Shown: positions 1 to 12,385 of the stretch, in pieces | How positions within the stretch are numbered: the stretch's first letter is position 1 | Layout: each line of letters opens with the position of its first letter | Source of the DNA: Cyanophora paradoxa CCMP329 | Lineage: Eukaryota > Plantae > Glaucophyta | NCBI GenBank assembly: GCA_004431415.1 | Contig: QPMI01000533.1 | Coordinates: forward strand, 1 to 64,000 | Direction of reading: 5' to 3' | Length of the DNA stretch: 64,000 bases | Program-made: the position numbers and the translations under genes | The notes under the pieces: generated by a model | Database searches by the model: none | The model's input: only the letters and a program-made list of their open reading frames with translations | Told to the model about the DNA's origin: nothing

Positions 1-3000
1 GGGGGCGGCGCCGGGGCCGGGGCGGCGCGATCGCGAAGCCAGCTAAGCGATCGCGCTTCGCCCTTCCTGGGCTTCCCTCTTCTCGGGCGAGGCGGCGAAG
101 GCGGGAGGCCATGCGGAAGAGGGGGAAAGGGGGGCGGAGGGAGGGGTGGGGTGGGGGTGGGGAGGCGGGCGGGTGCCGAGCCGGGGCGCTCTTTTCGGCG
201 GCGTCGGCGCGGGCCCAGAGATAAATAGCCTCGGGATAGCCTAAGGATAGCCCAGGGTGCCTTCCTATAAGCCTTTCTAGATAGCCTTAGGCGGCCTGCA
301 AAGATAGCCTGAAAGCCTAGGAGGGGGGCGGGGCGCGCTTCGGGCGGGGGAGCTCAAGAGCCTAGGATGGCCTAAAGATAGCCTAACAATAGCCTCGGAG
401 GCGGCCGGGGCGAGCGCACTTCTTTGCGGCGTCGGCGCGGGCCTTTGCGTCCTGCTCCGCGAGCGTCTTCACGCGCGCCTCCTCCTTGCCCATCTCGCCC
501 TCCGCCTGCCCCGGGGTGAGGCGCGGCGGGCCCAAAGGAAGGCGGAGGGAGGCGGAGGCAGAGGCGGAGCGGCGGGCGGGCGGTTCAGCTAAGGACGCCT
601 TTTCTTAAAGATGGAGCTGGAGATTATAGATCGGCAGAGGGCTGAAAAGCTATGGCTCGGCGGGGCGAGCGGGGCGGAGCGGCTTTGGGCGCGAGCCGCG
701 AGCGGCCAGGTCTCGAGAGCTTAGGCTCAGCCAGGCGAGGCGAGGCGGGAGGGGCGGGGCGGAGGGGGAGCGGGGGGGGGGGGGGGGGGGGGGTGGGGGG
801 GTGGGGGGGGGGGGGGGGGGGGGGGGCGGAAGCGCACGCGGTCGCGGGCGGCGATGGCGGCGTTGAGCTCCGCCTCGACCGCCCGCACCGCCGCCTCCTG
901 CGCGCCGCGTTCAGAAGAGGGCGTTAAGAAGAGAGGCGGTGAGGGGAGGCCGTGGGGGAGGGGCATGAGGTCCTAGCTCGAAGACCCCAGGTCCAGTTCT
1001 GCTTAAGTCGGTGCGGGGGCGGGAGCGGGGGGGGAGGGGGCGGGCCTGGTTGCCGGCGTCGATCTCCTTGAGGCGCGTCCTCGCCTGCTGCAGCTCCCCG
1101 TCCGCCTGGGGGGAGGAGAAGGCTCAGATCAGATCAGATCAGATCAGATCAGATCAGATCAAATTGCGCCCCCGCCCCCCGCGCACCTTCTCGAGGGCGG
1201 CCTTCAGCTTCATGACGGAGACCGCCGCCTGTCGCGAACGAAGTCATCGGATCAAATTCGAGATCAAATCTGAGATCAAATCCGGGATCAAATCGCGCTC
1301 GCCTGCTTGCGGACGCGCTCGAGCTCCTCCTTGGCCGCGTCGCGCGCCTCGCCGAACAGGTCCCGCTCCCCGGTCACCTGAGCGGAGGGGGGGGTACGGC
1401 ACGGTGAGCGGGGGGGCGGGAGGAAAAGCGGAGAGAGGGAGGCCGGCGGCCCTCGGGGCGGGAGGAGGGCGGGCGAGCGAGCGCGGTGGGGGGAGCCTCG
1501 CCAGAGCCCCCCTACCTAACTTACCCCTACCCGCCCCCCTAGCCCCCCTAGAGCCCCGCCCCGCCCCGCCCCGCCCCGCTCCGCCTCGCCCAGCTTTGCC
1601 CAGCTCCGCCCCACTCCGCCCCCGGCGGACCTTGGCCAGGTTCGCCTCCGTGGCGCCGAGGTGGTCCTCCAGCTGCTTCGCCCGCCTCGTGAGCTGCGGG
1701 GGGTGCGGCTTCAGAGGGGTAGGAGGGGGAGAAGAGATGGGGGGGGGAGATGGGAGGGGGGGTAGGGCGCGCCTCCCGCGCCTGGGCCTCCGCCGCGGCG
1801 CCCGCCTCCGCCTTCCCCTCCAGCTCCTTGACCTGCGTACCCGCCCCCGCCCGTTCAGGGGTACGGAATCCGGGCCGGGCGGGGAGGGGGTACGGGGCAC
1901 GCGCCTTCTTCTCGAGGTCCTCGCGGGAGAGTGCGGTGGTGTCCACGTGCTCGACCGGCGCGGCCGCCTGCGGGTACGGGCTTGGCCCCAGAGGAGGGCA
2001 CGGGATTCAAGGGCGAGGGGGGTACGGGGCGCACGGCGGCCTCCGCGCCCGCGGCCAGGGCGACCGCGCCGCCCTTCTCCAGAGCCGCGCACTTGTCCTG
2101 CGCGAGGGTGGTGAGCGGGCTTTGGACAGTTCGCCGTACCCCCCTCCCGGAAGCGGGTCCCACCTGCCAGTCGCGGAGCTCGCGTGCAGCAGCCGACTTC
2201 TCCAGCGTCCGCTCCACGCGGAGCGCGTCCAGCGCCTGGGTACGCAAGCGGGCTCGATGGGGGTACGCGAGCGTCGGGATGGGGGTACCCCCGCACCTGC
2301 TGGAGGGCCTCCTTCTGCCGCTCGAGCTCGATGAAGGCCTTCTGGAAGTCGGGACTGTACCCCCCGAAGGTAACGGTGAGCTCGGTACCCCCCTTTCGGC
2401 GCAGGCGTGGAAAAAAAGGAACGCGCCTGCACCCCTCCAGGAGGGCCATCGCGTCCTTGAGGCGCTTGGCGACTAGCTCGTCCTGCGTACCCTGGAGCCT
2501 CGCAATCTCCGCCTGCGGGGGGGTACGCCATCAACGACGAGGGGGAAGGAGCCGGCGGGGGGTACGGCCTCCGAGGCACCTTGAGGTGCTCTACGTGGCC
2601 CCGGGAGACGTCCAAGTCACGGGAGGCGGCGCTGAGCTCCTCGGCGGCCTTGCCGGCCGCCATCATCGACAGCGGCACGCCTGCAATGAGTGAGAGGTAG
2701 CAAAGAGGGGGACAGGAAAGGGGCCCGGCGGGATTCGAACCGGACATGGATCCCGAGCGGACGACCGACCCCGAGCGGGAGACGCGGCGGCTGCCCGTGC
2801 GGGGCACGGCGCCGCCCGCGCGGAACTTCTCGAGCTCCTCGAGGCTCTGAGGCGAGGCTCTCAGGAGAGGGGGGTACAGGAGGGAGCTTCGTGCGCGCCT
2901 CCTTGTGCTCGGTCTCGAGCTTGGCGGCGGCCTCCTGCGCCTCTGCAAGCTTCGTTCGCAGCTCCTCGTGCTCCTTCTGCAGCGCAGCCAACTGCTCCTC

Positions 3001-5001
3001 CACCGCGGACTGGGGGTACAGGGTACAGGGGGGAAGAAGTCGGCGGGGGGTAGAGGCGCTCGAGAGGGGCCGCGCGGGAGGCTCTGGAGGGCGCACCTTC
3101 GCGGCCAGGTCCGCCAACGCCGCCTCCTTGTCCCGCTGCGATGCGAATTCGAAGAGGCGGATTGGGGGGGGGGGGGGGAGATGGGCGGAGGGGGGTACGG
3201 CACGCACCACGAGGGCGTCGCGTTCGTCGACGGCGGCCTTGGCGGCGCGGCTCAGCTCCTTCGCCTGCTCCAGCAGCGTGTCCCTCTCCGCCGCGACCTG
3301 AAGCAACGTGTACCCCGGGTCACTTCAACCCGGCCGCCCGGCCGCCCCCGCCCTCTGCCCGCCCTGCGCACCGTCGCGAGCTCCGCATGCGCGTTGCCGC
3401 GCTCGGCAGAGAGCGCAGCGATGGCGGCCTCGTCTGCGGCGCGCGCCAGACGGATCAAATTCCGCAGATCGAACTCGGATCGAATCGGATTCGATCCGCG
3501 CACGCTGGATCTTGAGGCCGGAGAGGTGTTCGTTGATGGCGAGCTGCGCGGGTTCGAATCGGATCCGGGACATTGTTTCCGGCCCCGGTTCGAATCCGGG
3601 CGGACCTGGATCCTGTTGACCTCGTCCTCCGCCTCTTCGTTCGTCTGCTGCCGCAGCCTCCGGATCTCCTTCTCCTGTACCCCCCAAACCAAACACGGCG
3701 CGGGTCAGCCGCCGGCGCAATCTCGTACCCCCGACCCGCCCGCCGCGCGGCGCACGTATCGCTCCTTGACGCTCTCGACGAACTTGTCCTGCGCGCGTAC
3801 CCCCCGCCACCGCACCTCAGAACCGAGCCAAGCCTCGCTGCACGTCCGCCAGACCGCACCGTCTCGCCGCGCTCGTTGCGGACGGTCTCGAGGAGAGATT
3901 CGTTCTCGGCCATCAGGTCAGCCACCTGCGCGCGCGGGGCGGGGCGGGGCGGGGCGGGGCGGGCGCGGGTCAGAACCCCGGCCCGCCCGTTCGCATATCG
4001 CGTCGCGCGCCTTCTGGCGGAGGGTCTGCGGCGCGAACGTTCGCGTCAGCGCCGCAAAGCTAGCCACGGCGCCCCGGTGTGGGGGCAGGCGCGGGCGCCC
4101 GCTCGCACCGCGTTGGTGGCGTCGGTGCCCGCCTTGAGCGAGCGAAGGTTGCCGATCTCCGCCTCCTGCATGGCGAGCTGCACGCGGAACTGCTGCGCCC
4201 GCTCCTTCGCCTTGTCCCGCATCTCCTTGATGAACTCGATGAAGTAGGCCTAAGTCAAGTTAAGGCGGAGTCAGCGGCAGATTCGAATGGGAGAAGCAGC
4301 CAGAGGGACTGCGCTGCGTGCCTGCGTCTCGTTCTCGATCATGTTGAACGTTTGCTCGATCTGCGAGACGGTTTCCACGTGGGTCTTCTTCATGATCTCC
4401 ATCTCGCCGACGATCTGCGGGCGCGGGCGTGGTGCGCGTCGTCAGGCCAGCTGGCGGCCCGCGGACGCGGCGCGGCCGCTGCGGCAGTGGCGGCCTCGCC
4501 TCCGTAAGCTTCTGCTTCACCAGCTCCAGCGGCACGAACGCTTCCTCATTGACCTCCAGCGGCGGCGGAGGCGGCGGCAAGCGGACTGGGTTCGGCGTGT
4601 AGCCGGCGACCGCCTGCGTGGCAGCGGGGGCCAGCTAAGCGCTTGGAGCGCTTCGCGGCGCGTACGGCGAGCTCACCAAGTCGGAGGCATTCAATGCTGC
4701 GCGGGGGCAAGCGGACTGACGTTAGCACGCGCCCGCCAGTTCGCGCTGGCTATGCACCTGTCCGAGTGTTGAGGTTCGGCTTCCCGCTGGGCGTGGGCGG
4801 CTTTGTGGATGGGGTTGCAGGAGGTTGAGGGGTTTGGGGTGGCAGTGTTGGCGTGGGCGCTTTCGGCCCTGGTGTCGCGCTGGTCGGCCTTGAGAGGCCC
4901 ACTTCCGGATCGGGCTCTGGCTGCGGCGGCAGCTCCGGTGCGATAGCTCCAGCACTGGCATCACCCGAGCCGGAGAGCCGGCGGGTTATCGATGCCAGCA
5001 T
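1..5001 (-). CDS. Multi-exon long coiled-coil protein with Pro-rich N-terminus; 3' end unresolved, probably beyond window start
   Basis: ATG at 5001 (MLASITRRLSG..). Successive short exons give heptad E/K/A/L-rich peptides (VEEQLAALQKEHEELRTKLAEAQ, LERQKEALQQ, AEGEMGKEEARVKTLAEQDAKAR) separated by GT/GC..AG introns. Confidence 0.75.
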
Positions 5002-5294
5002 CGCGCCTGTCTTGGACACTAGAATTCTGTACCCTCCCAGAAGTTAGCTGCGAAGGAGCGGAGCAGCTCAGCTGTCTTTCGACGGCCGAAAAACAGCCAG
5101 CGCGTCTTTGTGCGACGATTGGGCGCTTCCGAAGGCACCCCGCGCCTTCTTCGGGCATCGCGTTTCTTCGGCCGACGGGCGAAGCTCGAGCGGTGGGCCG
5201 AAGCCTAGCGATCGTTGACGAGTCTCAGCCAGCGATCCAAGAAGACACTCAGCGAAGCTCGGGCCCCGACTCCTGAGCAAGCCTGCCGGATCAG

Positions 5295-6406
5295 ATGTCC
5301 CGTTTCAGCAGTCCGGAGCGCGGCGGAGCGCGTCCTATGCCAGTCTCAATGATGCCGCCCGTCGGCGCGGGCCCCAAGCTACAGTACGAAGGCGGCGGCA
5401 GCTTCGCCGCCGACCCGATGTCCAGCGGCTATGAGGAGGCCCCCAGCGGCATTCCTCTCGATCCCTACAACGCCGACCCCTACGCCTTTGGCCGCCGGAC
5501 CGTCGTCATCCCCTCCGGCCCGTGGTACCGCATCCTAGCGACCATCTCGCAGCTTCTGGAGGGTCCGCGGCGCACGCCCCGGCTTCCCTTGAGTTTCCCA
5601 CGCTGAGAACGGCCTCAGATATGGACCTCGCCGCGTGCTGGTACTTCACGGCCCACATCCTCCAGACCCGCGGAAACAACGATTCGATCTTCGCCGGTGC
5701 GCGCCCCGCGCCGCGCCGCGCCCTAGAGAACGAGGAAAGGATCCGACTGCCCGGCCGCCGCAGCGTCCGTCGCGTTCTCTTCGTTTGCGAGCCTCATGTA
5801 CGTCTTCAAGTTCCTTACGCCCCTCTTCATGCGCCGCGTCGACATCGTACCCGTGCGCACGCATCATCTCCTAACCCCCCCCCCCCCCCCCCCCCCTGGC
5901 GTCTTCGCCCTCTTACCCTTCTTCTTCGGTGCAGGGCGTCGTGCCCATCCTCGCCCCCTTTTTCCTTCTCCACGCCGACGTCGAGCGCGTCGACGACGTC
6001 CGCCGGATCCGCTCCTGGCGAGCCCCCTTTCTCCTTTTTCTCTTCTTTTTTGAGAGGCTTCTCCAGGTACTCGATCATCCTGAAGGTGTTCCAAAGCATC
6101 CCCATGGTTTTCATCACGGGCATCTTCCTCTGTGCGCTGTACCCGTCGTCCCCGTCTCCTCTCCCCGAGAATAACTGTACCCGCAGTCCGCGACGGGGGC
6201 GACCGGTACAACGGCGCCGGCCTCGCGTGCTTCATCATTGGGATCGTGTCCTTCTTCGTATCCGTGAACGAGGTACCCCGGGCCCCTTCCCCCCACTTCC
6301 CCCTCCCCCCCCCCCCCCCCCAATTCAAGTCCGCGCAGGCCCTGCACGTGATCTTGAACGCCCGCGAGAACGTTACCCCCGCCGGCACCGCCGGCCCTAC
6401 GTGTAG
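5295..6406 (+). CDS. Multi-pass membrane protein, 7 exons, copy 1; remote XK-related resemblance
   Basis: Spliced peptides MDLAACWYFTAHIL, SLMYVFKFLTPLF, ILKVFQSIPMVFITGIFL, GLACFIIGIVSFFVSVNE. The last exon has a 1-bp deletion relative to copy 2, possibly a sequencing error. Confidence 0.7.
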
Positions 6407-6930
6407 CCCCTTCGCCCCGGCCCCATGCCACCTTCGATACCGGTACCGTATTACAATGGAGGCTGGCTGGCTGGGGGCGCCCCACGGCCCAAGCTTAAGT
6501 GGTGAGGCGCCCCCACAAGGCCTAGCCGGAGAGGCAGCTGCTCGCTCGTCATTTTTCGTCCGATCTCTGCCTAAGCTTAGTAGCATTTCGATATCGTATA
6601 CGTATTGATGTGCAGTCTGTAGCTATATGATAGTTAGGGTCGTATACGTATGCCCCGTACACCTTGCTTTGCAATTGTCGCCCCCTTCGTAATCGGGGGA
6701 ATCGATACTATGATATACGTATACAGTATACTCGAAATCCGATGATCGAATACAGTATCACTGAGCAGATCAAGATCTTAAGCTTCGGTGTCAGGCCCTG
6801 CATGCGCATGTGCAGCTGCGCGCATGCCGCGCAGGGGCTAGGGCGGGGGCTGGATGTAGCCGCTGCAGCCCGCTGTAGCTTTGTACATAATTAGCCTGTA
6901 GCCGACTACGGTCTTGTGGCCCTACGCCCC

Positions 6931-7055
6931 TCTGGTGAGGGGCGGGTAGGGTCCGGCCGAGCCGCTGGAAACAGCGGCGCGTGGGGAGGGGGGCAACCCC
7001 CTCCCTGCCTGGCCGGACCTATCCGAGCAAATTGTTTTTTCTGGTGAGGGGCGGG
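6931..7055 (+). other. Small structured element: three-way junction with two GNRA-capped hairpins, T6 run and flanking 16-bp direct repeats (copy 1)
   Basis: Stem 6943-6958/7011-7025; hairpin GCCGCTG-GAAA-CAGCGGC at 6961-6978; hairpin GGGAGGGGG-GCAA-CCCCCTCCC at 6984-7005; TTTTTT at 7035-7040; TCTGGTGAGGGGCGGG at 6931 and 7040. Confidence 0.55.
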
Positions 7056-8072
7056 GGCCGTCGAGTAGCACGCCTTGCCAAGTTGGTCGCATAGATAGAT
7101 CTAGAGGTGTGCTTGCAATCGCAATCGACCCGGCCCCGGCGGGGTCCCCTCCTGGAGGTACAGGAACGTTATAATTAACGTCGGGAGAGATCTAGAGGCG
7201 CGCTCCTCAGGCCTAAGAAGGAGTACGTATACTGATGCTCTCTTCCGAAGTTCGGGAAGCTTATAGTTAAGCATGCTTAAAATTAAACAGGGAATATTGC
7301 AGTCGACGTCCGACGGTCAGATCTAGACGGTCAGACGGCGGCCATCGCTAGGGTCAACGTCGGGCTGCGCTGGAGAAAAATGCATGCCTGCTGCCCCACC
7401 GTGGCACAGGTGCAGCTGCGCATGCAGCCTGGCAGGGCCGGGCCGCGCGCGGGGCCGCGCCTTCGAATTCGCGAAAATATTAATGGGCGCTGGCCAGGGA
7501 TCATCGGATCCGGAGGGGGCCCGGGAAGCTCATGATCATGATCATGATTAGCTGGAGGGGTGTTGCCACTGGCCGTTGGCCCGTGGCTACGCGTACGGGC
7601 GCGGGCGACCAAACGGTCCCGCGCGCATGATCTTGATCAGCTGGAGGGCTGCCGCCAGGGCTGTAGCCCTTCCGGCTCCGAGGCCGCCTCCCCCCCAGCG
7701 CAAGGGATCCTGACCCCGGTCCGGGCCCGGGGCGCCCGGCCCCCGCATGGGCCGGGCAGTTCGCGAGGCGCGCGCGGCGCCGCCGCGCCCGCGCGCGGCC
7801 GCCGTCTGGATCTTCCGCTGCGCATGCGAGGGCGGCGCCTTAAAAGCCTGCCCGCCGAAGGCCTTTTGAATTCCCATTCATATTTATATTGCGCCGCTCT
7901 GAATGAATGAAAGACTAGAAAATAACTATTTCGGACCAAAGCTCAAGATGTAGTCGGATACTTCGCTCTGATACATAATACTAGTTGAAAACCTTACATA
8001 CGTATATACTCCGAAGATAAAGCGGCGGCTGAGAAAACCAGCTACAGCCCTCTATTATTTCGCTCCGAGGCT

Positions 8073-10323
8073 CTAGAGGAGGGCGGCGGGGCCGAAGCCG
8101 GCGTCGCCCTCAGCGGCGGGGGAGGCGCCGCCCTCGCAGCCGTTCGCGATCCCGAAGGCACCGGCCGCGGCGTCGTCAGCGTCCGCGGCGAACTGTCCGT
8201 CCCCCTTCGTGCGCGCCTCCTTGTGCTCGGTCTCGAGCTTGGCGGCGGCCTCCTGCGCCTCTGCAAGCTTCGTTCGCAGCTCCTCGTGCTCCTTCTGCAG
8301 CGCAGCCAACTGCTCCTCCACCGCGGACTGGGGGTACAGGGTACAGGGGGGAAGAAGTCGGCGGGGGGTAGAGGCGCTCGAGAGGGGCCGCGCGGGAGGC
8401 TCTGGAGGGCGCACCTTCGCGGCCAGGTCCGCCAACGCCGCCTCCTTGTCCCGCTGCGATGCGAATTCGAAGAGGCGGATTGGGGGGGGGGGGGGGGGGG
8501 ATGGGGGGGGGGGGGTACGGCACGCACCACGAGGGCGTCGCGTTCGTCGACGGCGGCCTTGGCGGCGCGGCTCAGCTCCTTCGCCTGCTCCAGCAGCGTG
8601 TCCCTCTCCGCCGCGACCTGAAGCAACGTGTACCCCGGGTCACTTCAACCCCGGCCGCCCGGCCGCCCCCGCCCTCTGCCCGCCCCTGCGCACCGTCGCG
8701 AGCTCCGCATGCGCGTTGCCGCGCTCGGCAGAGAGCGCAGCGATGGCGGCCTCGTCTGCGGCGCGCGCCAGACGGATCAAATTCCGCAGATCGAACTCGG
8801 ATCGAATCGGATTCGATCCGCGCACGCTGGATCTTGAGGCCGGAGAGGTGTTCGTTGATGGCGAGCTGCGCGGGTTCGAATCGGATCCGGGACATTGTTT
8901 CCGGCCCCGGTTCGAATCCGGGCGGACCTGGATCCTGTTGACCTCGTCCTCCGCCTCTTCGTTCGTCTGCTGCCGCAGCCTCCGGATCTCCTTCTCCTGT
9001 ACCCCCCAAACCAAACACGGCGCGGGTCAGCCGCCGGCGCAATCTCGTACCCCCGACCCGCCCGCCGCGCGGCGCACGTATCGCTCCTTGACGCTCTCGA
9101 CGAACTTGTCCTGCGCGCGTACCCCCCGCCACCGCACCTCAGAACCGAGCCAAGCCTCGCTGCACGTCCGCCAGACCGCACCGTCTCGCCGCGCTCGTTG
9201 CGGACGGTCTCGAGGAGAGATTCGTTCTCGGCCATCAGGTCAGCCACCTGCGCGCGCGGGGCGGGGCGGGGCGGGGCGGGGCGGGCGCGGGTCAGAACCC
9301 CGGCCCGCCCGTTCGCATATCGCGTCGCGCGCCTTCTGGCGGAGGGTCTGCGGCGCGAACGTTCGCGTCAGCGCCGCAAAGCTAGCCACGGCGCCCCGGT
9401 GTGGGGGCAGGCGCGGGCGCCCGCTCGCACCGCGTTGGTGGCGTCGGTGCCCGCCTTGAGCGAGCGAAGGTTGCCGATCTCCGCCTCCTGCATGGCGAGC
9501 TGCACGCGGAACTGCTGCGCCCGCTCCTTCGCCTTGTCCCGCATCTCCTTGATGAACTCGATGAAGTAGGCCTAAGTCAAGTTAAGGCGGAGTCAGCGGC
9601 AGATTCGAATGGGAGAAGCAGCCAGAGGGACTGCGCTGCGTGCCTGCGTCTCGTTCTCGATCATGTTGAACGTTTGCTCGATCTGCGAGACGGTTTCCAC
9701 GTGGGTCTTCTTCATGATCTCCATCTCGCCGACGATCTGCGGGCGCGGGCGTGGTGCGCGTCGTCAGGCCAGCTGGCGGCCCGCGGACGCGGCGCGGCCG
9801 CTGCGGCAGTGGCGGCCTCGCCTCCGTAAGCTTCTGCTTCACCAGCTCCAGCGGCACGAACGCTTCCTCATTGACCTCCAGCGGCGGCGGAGGCGGCGGC
9901 AAGCGGACTGGGTTCGGCGTGTAGCCGGCGACCGCCTGCGTGGCAGCGGGGGCCAGCTAAGCGCTTGGAGCGCTTCGCGGCGCGTACGGCGAGCTCACCA
10001 AGTCGGAGGCATTCAATGCTGCGCGGGGGCAAGCGGACTGACGTTAGCACGCGCCCGCCAGTTCGCGCTGGCTATGCACCTGTCCGAGTGTTGAGGTTCG
10101 GCTTCCCGCTGGGCGTGGGCGGCTTTGTGGATGGGGTTGCAGGAGGTTGAGGGGTTTGGGGTGGCAGTGTTGGCGTGGGCGCTTTCGGCCCTGGTGTCGC
10201 GCTGGTCGGCCTTGAGAGGCCCACTTCCGGATCGGGCTCTGGCTGCGGCGGCAGCTCCGGTGCGATAGCTCCAGCACTGGCATCACCCGAGCCGGAGAGC
10301 CGGCGGGTTATCGATGCCAGCAT
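8073..10323 (-). CDS. Chimeric gene at the duplication junction: 5' half of the coiled-coil gene fused in frame to the last exon of the 13402-14912 gene
   Basis: Reading frame ..LETEHKEARTK|GDGQFAADADDAAAG..PAALL* crosses the junction. Promoter and ATG (10323) come from the duplicated copy. Confidence 0.6.
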
Positions 10324-10615
10324 CGCGCCTGTCTTGGACACTAGAATTCTGTACCCTCCCAGAAGTTAGCTGCGAAGGAGCGGAGCAGCTCAGCTGTCTT
10401 TCGACGGCCGAAAAACAGCCAGCGCGTCTTTGTGCGACGATTGGGCGCTTCCGAAGGCACCCGCGCCTTCTTCGGGCATCGCGTTTCTTCGGCCGACGGG
10501 CGAAGCTCGAGCGGTGGGCCGAAGCCTAGCGATCGTTGACGAGTCTCAGCCAGCGATCCAAGAAGACACTCAGCGAAGCTCGGGCCCCGACTCCTGAGCA
10601 AGCCTGCCGGATCAG

Positions 10616-11736
10616 ATGTCCCGTTTCAGCAGTCCGGAGCGCGGCGGAGCGCGTCCTATGCCAGTCTCAATGATGCCGCCCGTCGGCGCGGGCCCCAAGC
10701 TACAGTACGAAGGCGGCGGCAGCTTCGCCGCCGACCCGATGTCCAGCGGCTATGAGGAGGCCCCCAGCGGCATTCCTCTCGATCCCTACAACGCCGACCC
10801 CTACGCCTTTGGCCGCCGGACCGTCGTCATCCCCTCCGGCCCGTGGTACCGCATCCTAGCGACCATCTCGCAGCTTCTGGAGGGTCCGCGGCGCACGCCC
10901 CCGGCTTCCCTTGAGTTTCCCACGCTGAGAACGGCCTCAGATATGGACCTCGCCGCGTGCTGGTACTTCACGGCCCACATCCTCCAGACCCGCGGAAACA
11001 ACGATTCGATCTTCGCCGGTGCGCGCCCCGCGCCGCGCCGCGCCCTAGAGAACGAGGAAAGGATCCGACTGCCCGGCCGCCGCAGCGTCCGTCGCGTTCT
11101 CTTCGTTTGCGAGCCTCATGTACGTCTTCAAGTTCCTTACGCCCCTCTTCATGCGCCGCGTCGACATCGTACCCGTGCGCACGCATCATCTCCTAACCCC
11201 CCCCCCCCCCCCCCCCCCCCCTGGCGTCTTCGCCCTCTTACCCTTCTTCTTCGGTGCAGGGCGTCGTGCCCATCCTCGCCCCCTTTTTCCTTCTCCACGC
11301 CGACGTCGAGCGCGTCGACGACGTCCGCCGGATCCGCTCCTGGCGAGCCCCCTTTCTCCTTTTTCTCTTCTTTTTTGAGAGGCTTCTCCAGGTACTCGAT
11401 CATCCTGAAGGTGTTCCAAAGCATCCCCATGGTTTTCATCACGGGCATCTTCCTCTGTGCGCTGTACCCGTCGTCCCCGTCTCCTCTCCCCGAGAATAAC
11501 TGTACCCCGCAGTCCGCGACGGGGGCGACCGGTACAACGGCGCCGGCCTCGCGTGCTTCATCATTGGGATCGTGTCCTTCTTCGTATCCGTGAACGAGGT
11601 ACCCCGGGCCCCTTCCCCCCCCCTCCCCCCCCCCCCCCCCCCCCCCCCCCAATTCAAGTCCGCGCAGGCCCTGCACGTGATCTTGAACGCCCGCGAGAAC
11701 GTTACCCCCGCCGGCACCGCCGGCCCCTACGTGTAG
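10616..11736 (+). CDS. Multi-pass membrane protein, copy 2 (clean terminal ..GTAGPYV*)
   Basis: Duplicate of 5295-6406 with the same exon structure; TAG at 11734-11736. Confidence 0.7.
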
Positions 11737-12260
11737 CCCCTTCGCCCCGGCCCCATGCCACCTTCGATACCGGTACCGTATTACAATGGAGGCTGGCTGG
11801 CTGGGGGCGCCCCACGGCCCAAGCTTAAGTGGTGAGGCGCCCCCCACAAGGCCTAGCCGGAGAGGCAGCTGCTCGCTCGTCATTTTTCGTCCGATCTCTG
11901 CCTAAGCTTAGTAGCATTTCGATATCGTATACGTATTGATGTGCAGTCTGTAGCTATATGATAGTTAGGGTCGTATACGTATGCCCCGTACACCTTGCTT
12001 TGCAATTGTCGCCCCCTTCGTAATCGGGGGAATCGATACTATGATATACGTATACAGTATACTCGAAATCCGATGATCGAATACAGTATCACTGAGCAGA
12101 TCAAGATCTTAAGCTTCGGTGTCAGGCCCTGCATGCGCATGTGCAGCTGCGCGCATGCCGCGCAGGGGCTAGGGCGGGGCTGGATGTAGCCGCTGCAGCC
12201 CGCTGTAGCTTTGTACATAATTAGCCTGTAGCCGACTACGGTCTTGTGGCCCTACGCCCC

Positions 12261-12385
12261 TCTGGTGAGGGGCGGGTAGGGTCCGGCCGAGCCGCTGGAA
12301 ACAGCGGCGCGTGGGGAGGGGGGCAACCCCCTCCCTGCCTGGCCGGACCTATCCGAGCAAATTGTTTTTTCTGGTGAGGGGCGGG
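12261..12385 (+). other. Structured three-way-junction element, copy 2
   Basis: Same sequence as 6931-7055, inside the duplicated unit. Confidence 0.55.

Noticed and set aside
1124-1161. (CAGAT)n, (CACCG)n at ~23360, (GCCCC)n and long C/G homopolymers
   Set aside because: Ordinary intronic microsatellites; homopolymer lengths differ between the duplicated copies and may be sequencing noise.
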